A DNA stretch of 57,511 nt, counting the filler, from Jimgerdemannia flammicorona (taxonomy: Eukaryota): NCBI GenBank assembly GCA_003990765.1. It is 3 parts of 3 records of this genome, joined end to end, with 100 filler letters (N's around TTAATTAATTAA, not from the genome) between each part and the next. Parts side by side here need not be neighbours in the genome. Positions count along the whole stretch, not along the records: positions 38,413 to 57,511 come from RBNJ01002031.1; 2 more parts are not named here. The stretch is one strand, 5' to 3'. Position numbers and translations under genes: made by a program. This document shows, in pieces, positions 50,639 through 57,511 of this stretch (position 1 is its first letter; every line of letters starts with the position of its first letter). The notes below the pieces were generated by a model that was given only the letters and a program-made list of their open reading frames with translations, was not told the DNA's origin and did no database searches.

Positions 50639-51892
50639 CTATCTGAAGGCAGGGACTTCAGCTAGCTGTCCAAAAGTGGCATTGACCTTCTGTTCCTTGA
50701 GGTCCTTGTAGATGTCATACTGGTGGATCTTGGTTTTGCACAGCTTCTGTTCCTTCTTGCTTTCGCTTTCTCCTGAGACTGGAGTAGTGCCTTCTATGAT
50801 TTGGCGGGCAGCTTCATCTAACTCCATGTCTTGATCAATCTCCTCAGGTTGAGTCTTGCTTTGAATAGTGACAGCTGGGGTCTTCTTTGGTCTTCCAACT
50901 GGCTTGCTGTTGCTCTTCTTATCATAGGGCTTGGACTGGGTTCTGGTACCTTCAGTAGCAGGGTAGAATTTGAGCTCCTCATAGTATTCTTCATCATCAG
51001 TGTCACCAATCTCCTTGATGACTACTGCATTGGTTTGTTCTCTGGTTCTGCTAGCATTAATTGGTTGAGCTTTGCATCTTGTTTTGGTCATGCAACTCTT
51101 TGCATAGTGACCTTCTTCTCCACATCTGAAGCATGTGATATTGCGTTCTTCTGTAGCAGCTGCAAATCTCTGCACTGGTCTCCTGTTAGCACTTTGGACC
51201 TCTCTAACATCACCAAGATGTGCAGTCATCTCAGCAAACTGCTTGGCGAGTTCTTGCACTGGATCAGCTTTGGCTGTCTTGGGGGTAGGTGGGGTTGGTT
51301 GTCTGTTTACGACTGTGGCAGATAAGATACTAGTTGGCTTTGATGGCTCCATCTTGATGCCAGTTATTTTCTCCATTGAGTGTTTGGCAGGGTATCTGGC
51401 AGTCCAATATCTCTGTGCAAAGACCACTTTCTGATCAAGGGTCAGTGCAGCTAGGGTAGACCAGATTGCTAGGGCAATTTCAGAGTGAACTCCTTTGAGG
51501 AAGGTTGAATCTGCTATTTGTTCCTTGAGGTGGTCATCATAGCCAGCCAAGACAATCTGGTGGCAAATTTGGATATAGAATGAGTTGGGATCTTCACTAA
51601 GTCCCTGGCAGATAGTATTGAGTTGATCCTTGAGAGCTTGCTTGATCTCTTTGGTATAATATGTTGTTCTGAGGAAGACCTTCATGTTGGTAAGCTTGGC
51701 TGCACCAGCATCAGCAATGGTGGCTGCATTGAACTTATCTCTGGCAGGTCCTCTAAGGCTGACTGGTAGAAGGGCCAATTGAGCATCCACACTAAGGGCT
51801 TGTATGGTGGTGAATTGTTCAAAGTCTTCAATGAAGGTCAGGATTGACTCTTCAGTAGTATATCCATAGAATGTGGGGGGACGCATTTCCAT
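50639..51892 (-). CDS. gag: Gag of element B with CCHC zinc knuckle
   Basis: 417-aa ORF with a PPTFYG N-terminus and CFRCGEEGHYAKSC. Confidence 0.9.
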   Translation of the reverse strand: MEMRPPTFYGYTTEESILTFIEDFEQFTTIQALSVDAQLALLPVSLRGPARDKFNAATIADAGAAKLTNMKVFLRTTYYTKEIKQALKDQLNTICQGLSEDPNSFYIQICHQIVLAGYDDHLKEQIADSTFLKGVHSEIALAIWSTLAALTLDQKVVFAQRYWTARYPAKHSMEKITGIKMEPSKPTSILSATVVNRQPTPPTPKTAKADPVQELAKQFAEMTAHLGDVREVQSANRRPVQRFAAATEERNITCFRCGEEGHYAKSCMTKTRCKAQPINASRTREQTNAVVIKEIGDTDDEEYYEELKFYPATEGTRTQSKPYDKKSNSKPVGRPKKTPAVTIQSKTQPEEIDQDMELDEAARQIIEGTTPVSGESESKKEQKLCKTKIHQYDIYKDLKEQKVNATFGQLAEVPAFR

Positions 51893-52012
51893 CTTGTCTT
51901 GAATTCTTGCAGGGGTGACTCTTGTAGTCAGGGTAGTTATTGTGGGGGTTGTTCATTTTTTAGCTTGAAAGTGAGGGATTTGTCTTGAATCACCAGCCAA
52001 TGGGCACTAAGT

Positions 52013-53546
52013 TGTCACATAGTGGTCACTGAGTCCTTCAAATATGCCAGATTCTCTTCAAGGTATATCTCTTAGACTAACTCAAGTTTGTTATAAGCAA
52101 GTTCTTATTGGAGTGCCTTCCCAAGGTCTTATAGTCCTCAAACTTCTTATCTTTAACTGTCTTGTTATCTCTTAGATTGCTTGTAAGGAATTGTGTATAT
52201 TGCACTAAGAGGAACTGACTTTATTTCAGAGGAAATAAGAGGGGTATTTATACAAAATATAATTCAATAGTTGCTAGGATATAAGCTAAATATAAATTCC
52301 AATAACTAAAACTACCAAGTTCCAGGGCTGGTATTATTTAGTATCACATCAAAATACCAGTACTGGAATAATTTCACATCACCTCAGAATACCAGTGCTG
52401 GCATTATCCAGTGTTACATAAGAATACCGGTGCTGGCATTATCTAGTGTAACATGAGAATACTGGTGCTGGCATTATCTAGTGTAATAAAGAACTTAGAG
52501 CAGAAAGTTCAAGATCATGGGGGCTTCATCATCATCACTGAAGGAGATGAGATCTGCGAATTCATCATGTAGGTCATGTGTTTCACATATGTCGCACAGG
52601 ATGATGTCATCACCAATGACATCATCATGTTCGGCTGTGGTGGGGAAATCGGGAATAAGGTCTAGAGCTCTCCAGTCTATGAGGTTCTCTTTCACAAAAT
52701 AAGGAACAAATGTGGGGTCTTGGGGAGATCTAACCTGGATGCTTGGGCCTTGGAATACTGAGATCAATCCTTGCAGAAATTGGTCTGGGTTGTCCTGAAG
52801 GATGGGGTGCCAGAAGTCTTCTACTTCTTCATTGTTGAGGGTGATAGCAGACTGGGCTTCTGTAGCCACCCTGGCTTCTAGTGCATTGATATGGCAGGAT
52901 GACAGGTCTCTGAAGTCTGAGACTCTAACATACTCCAAGTTGGGGATTGACTATAGTGCATGTCTGAAGATCTGATGGATCTTCTTAGCTGTCCTCGTTT
53001 CACGTATATCCATGGGAGTGGCATCTTGTAGCTCTTGGGTGCTGGCCTGTGGGAACTCCTGGCAGAGGAGGTTTCCTATTTTGTACTCCTGCCACATTTG
53101 GAGACATTTGGTAGCAATGGTGATCCTTATTTCCATTTCATGGTGGTAGAGAATGAAGTGATAAGGGTCTGCAGTACCCAGGTTGACACTAGGAGTCCTT
53201 CTTGAGCGGGTCCTCATAGCTCTTCTGATGTCTTGGAACATCCTTTCTTTGACTGAGATACCTTGGTGGTTCCTTGACCTTGAGGTTTGGTAGGCAGCAG
53301 GCATTTCATTTGTGGTAAATCTTTGAGCTATTTTGGGATTGGTGGTTCTTGTTGGTTGCTGCTACTGCAGTTCCTTGATCCTTCTTTTATATTCTTCAGG
53401 ATGCTTATACTGTGGTCACAATGACTCACAGTTGGTCATCATTGCACATCTCATATGCTGTATAATCTTCTTGTGCTCCGATCTGGTGGCTTGCAAGGAA
53501 AGGCTGTCTCCTGTGCTGATGTCATTATTCTGGGGTCACTATTACA
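52013..53546 (-). repeat. 5' LTR of element B, with an interrupted U3 ORF, ~33-bp tandem repeats (~52320-52490), TATA-like TATAAATA (~52245) and AATAAA (~52220)
   Basis: TGTCAC...ATTACA termini; motifs read on the minus strand. Confidence 0.93.
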
Positions 53547-56167
53547 AAGGTCAGAATACTGGTATTTAAATAAATAGTTATACAAACAAATTAGAGTAGA
53601 ATGTTCAAAATCCTGGGAACTTTATCTTCATTGCTATCATTAAGACTAGAGGTCAGAGATGAGATGTCTTCAAAGGAAATAAGGTTAGTAAACATTTCTA
53701 TAAGCATTTTATTCAATTTATGTATTTTGCACATATCAATTAGTGGGATGACATTATTGCCAGTAATGTCATCATGTTTGATAGCAGTAGGAAGGAGATC
53801 AGAGGCTTTCTAATCTATGATGTTTTCCTCCACAAAATAGAGGACAAAGGTGGGATCTTGAGGGGGCCTAATCTGGATACTGGGGCCTTAGAATACTGAG
53901 ATTAATTCTTGTAGGAATTGATCTGGATTTTCCTAAAGAATGGAATTCTAGAACTCTTCTACCTTATCACTTTTGAGAGTGATGATGGATTGGGCTTCTG
54001 TAGCCACTATGGTCTCTAGTATATAGCTGATAATTCCTTGAAGTCTGAGACTCTAATATACTCCAAGTTGGGGATTGACCAAGGTATATGCCTAAAGATC
54101 TGATGGATATTTTTGACTACTCTCAATTTATATATATATATCTATAGGGGTAGTATCTTGTATTTCTTGGGAACTGGTCTGAGGGAATTCCTGGCAGAGG
54201 AGGCTTTCTATTTCATATTTCTGTCACATTCAGAGGCACTCAGTAGTAGTAGTAATCCTTGTCTCCATTTCATGACAGTAGAGAGTAAAGTGGTAAGAGT
54301 TACTAATACTCAGGTTGAGACCAGGAATTCTTCTGGTATAGATCCTCATAGCTCTCTTAATATCTTGGAATATTCTTTCTTAGACTGAGAAGCCTTGGGG
54401 TTCCTGGATCTTGCAGTTTGGCAAGTGGTGGGTATTTTGTTTATAGTGAGTCTTTTGAACTATTTCAAGATTTTGTGAGTCTTGTTTGAGTTGCTGCTGC
54501 TGCAGTTTCTTGGTTCTACTTTTATATTCTTTGAGATAGCCATTTTGTGATCATCATAACTCATAGTTTGTTATCATTACTTATCTTGTAGTCTAGGTGA
54601 GTCATGCCATATAATCTTCTTATACTCCAATCTGATAGCTTGTAAGAAAAGACTGTCTTCTGTGATAATATTACTATTCTGAGATCACTGTTACAATAAA
54701 AAGAAAAATAAATCAATTTGAAAGTAAAAGGGTATATGTCACTGAGGAAATAAAAATCTAGAGCTAATTAGTTATTACTGAGAATAAGTATTTATCAGTA
54801 GTTTTTCACAGCAAGCTGGAATATATTGATATTGCAAAAATATGAGATAGTAGAACTATACTTATATTGAAAGTCTAAATAGAGGGATTATGTCATCTGA
54901 ATGGCTCATATATAGGTTCTGCTCACTATTATCTAAATGTGTAATTGTCAAAATATAGTAGGTCTAGATCTTATTACATATAAAGCATATATAGATTACC
55001 AGGTTATACAAGACATCTGAAGATTGTGGGGTTATACAAGATACCTGAAGGAAGAGACAGGTTGTGGGGTTTACATAGGACAGGTCACTGATTATATAAG
55101 GTGTCTGAAGAGGGCAGACCACCAAGTCTCTACTTTACTTATTTAAAAACATGCCCCCCAATTTCAACCTTTCTTGTTACATCTATATCTCAGTGCTACC
55201 AAACAATGAGTCTCTCTTTTATTGACAACTATATTTATATAGTTGCTAAAAAAAACTCTATATTCTTCTCTACACCCAACCCTAAGTCCTCAACTAACTC
55301 TATATAGTATTCTCTGAGAAAATTATCAATCTGAGTAATAAATAATAGAGTAGTATTATCTTTCAAGTAATCCAGTATACTGCCCTTTAGTTTAATGAGT
55401 ATTTAGAGTTTAGTACTGAGTCTAATGAGTAGGCTCAGGTAAAGAAGAGAAGGATGTAATGAATTATTACATATATCTACAAATCACTAAAAATTTTAAT
55501 AAAAAATCCTATAAAAATTCCTATAGAATTTCCAACTAGTAGTCATAGTTATTTAAAATAATATAAATATATATAGCTATATCCAGTATACTATATTAGT
55601 TATAGCCTCAAATATGTATAAATACTCTCTATATTGAGTATATTGTAACCTCAGCTCTACTTCTCCAAATATAAGAATAAAGTAGTATTCTTATAGAACT
55701 CTCAGATCCAACTTATTAACAATTCCAAGCCTGATCAACTTGAGATATAAGTATGGTACTTCTATCAATATAAGAATCTAAAAGTAATATCTGAACTCTA
55801 CTATAACAGATAATTAGAACTTAGTACTTTCTTATAAAAACTCAGAACTTAGGGCTGATAGTTAGTTTAATTATCTACAATATATTAAGTCTATTAGCAT
55901 ATAGTTTTATTATAGTCAGAGAACTCTATCAGACTTACTCAGTTATATAGATATTGATTTTTTAATCTCTCTTTTTTTTTTTAATTATAGTGATAGAAGA
56001 GATCTAACAAAATAATACTTATACATTTATTTAAACTTACTATTGATACAGAGTCTGTATTTATAGTAAAGTTGCAATAGATATTTAGTGTAAGTATCTT
56101 GATTTCTTGTTAAAGAGTAGAGTTTACAAATATCTATATATAGTTAGCTCCTTTCTCTGCTATCTTA

Positions 56168-56207
<40 letters not shown>

Positions 56208-57069
56208 CTTTGCTATCTTATCAGTTATAAGGTTTAGTAGACAACATTCTGAGTCTCCTTTCTCCTATTATTACCTTCTCTACCTCAGGTTGGTTTCCTC
56301 TACCTATAAGAGCATAGTGAGAGAGAGACAATAGTATTGAGTTACTCCTTTATTGGTGTCAGATTGGTGTCTTCTATACTTTTTCAAGGTTTCTGGTATC
56401 TTCAGCTATATCTAGAGTATATTTATTTTAGTGCATCACCTTTTTTATTAACAAGGTATTATCTGATATATTATGGGCTACATATAGAGTCAGCTGACCT
56501 TGGGTGTCAAGTACCAGTGTAGGTTATCTACAGGTCCTCAGTACCTGTGGTGGGGCCCTCTGAGCTTTGGTGAGCTTTTCAGCAAGTATAGTTCTAGTGT
56601 AGATAACTGCTTTTTAGGTAGAGTTAGGATGGAAGGGGAGATAGTTATCATAGATAGGTAGAAGGATGATAATGATAGACCAGTAGGATACTAGACTGGG
56701 GGCAGTCATCAGAGTTGAAGCAGATATTATCTCAGTAGGACCTTTTGATTGGCTGGCAGGGGGTGAAGTGATGTAGGGGCTGGTATCCTGGCTGTACCCA
56801 ACTGGAACCAGGAGCTGATATAGTAATATAATTGAGGTCTGCAGGCTTAGAGAGTAGGACCTCTCTCATTTAGCAGTATCTGACTGGAACTGAGAACTGA
56901 TACATATAGTAATGTTATCAAGATACCACAGACTCAGAGAGTGAGAGTGGGGCTTTTTTAAGCCTTAGCTCATATGTCAGTCCTTTTGCAAGGGTCTTAT
57001 ATATAAGTTCTTTACTTATCTGCTCTAAATCTATTCTGTCTTTTTTTTGTTTTACAGACTCAGAGTCCT

Positions 57070-57511
57070 GCAGATTTTTATTGGAAGAGAACCTAGACTA
57101 AATAGGCCAAAACTCTCTCCCACTACCCACCAAGCACTGCTCCCCCCATTAACCTAGGCTAGCTATTGTCCAGTAGCTTGACCATGCCAGGCACAGTAGG
57201 GCCTATAGTGGCCCATACCTCATTCTGTGTACCATGCTCTTCCTACTATCAGAAAGAACTCAGCCATATGCTAACAATCAAAAGCATATGCCCAAAACCC
57301 CAATGTATGTACAAGGCCATACCTGAGCTGAATAGAATAGCAGGAGTGCTATGGTGTTGGGCAAGCTGGGGGTTATGTACAGATGCCGGAACATTGGCTG
57401 GGGGAGTGTGAGGTCTTGGGGGATTTTTGGGCAGAGATAGGGAATAGACTGGGTGTTGGGCATCAGCTGGTGGGGGAGGGGGGTCGCTGGGAGGACTTAA
57501 AATCTCGGCTT
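57070..57511. mobile_element. LINE 3'-region fragments (minus ~57070-57345; plus ~57350-57511)
   Basis: 57350-57511 closely matches 37920-38082. The preceding part resembles 38440-38800. Confidence 0.7.

Larger units (their letters stand above)
44781..53546 (-). mobile_element. Full-length Ty3/Gypsy element B (~8.8 kb) with 1.53-kb LTRs: gag-PR-(Cys/His)-dUTPase-RT-RH-IN plus a U3 ORF
   Basis: LTRs at 44781-46317 and 52013-53546. Apparent 4-bp TSD GAGG/AAGG. PPT next to 46318. Degenerate PBS T(A)GTGCCCATTGGC at ~51996-52009. Confidence 0.95.
44032..54695 (-). mobile_element. Older Gypsy copy (element D): gag start, PBS and 5' LTR (44327-44780 plus 53547-54695), split by insertion of element B
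   Basis: 44032-44326 matches B 51720-52012. The LTR halves match the B LTR and end in TGTTACA at 54695. Confidence 0.85.

Noticed and set aside
54700..57060. AT-rich relic with a poly-T run (also poly-T at ~4346-4397 and the tract 25070-26100)
   Set aside because: Probably old repeats, but too mutated to classify by eye.

Overview
Eukaryotic, repeat-rich DNA, most likely from an early-diverging (Mucoromycota-like) fungus. This is judged from the partial 18S rRNA, intron-containing kinase/LRR and DUF4246-like pseudogenes, and CpG-depleted transposons. The window is three contigs (1-19110, 19211-38312, 38413-57511; 19110, 19102 and 19099 bp) joined by N44-TTAATTAATTAA-N44 linkers. Most of it is nested, decayed transposons: five Ty3/Gypsy copies, one Ty1/Copia relic, several L1/Tx1-like LINEs and three hAT-type MITEs. 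There are four main observations. (1) A ~220-230 nt covarying, pseudoknotted RNA-like motif lies just downstream of pol in two distantly related Gypsy lineages, with a decayed third copy, and appears to fold on the antisense strand. (2) A ~270+ codon ORF lies in the U3 of a 1.5-kb LTR. (3) Related dUTPase domains occupy two different polyprotein positions. (4) C-to-T hypermutation of repeats extends beyond CpG sites. All calls are by eye; no database searches were run.
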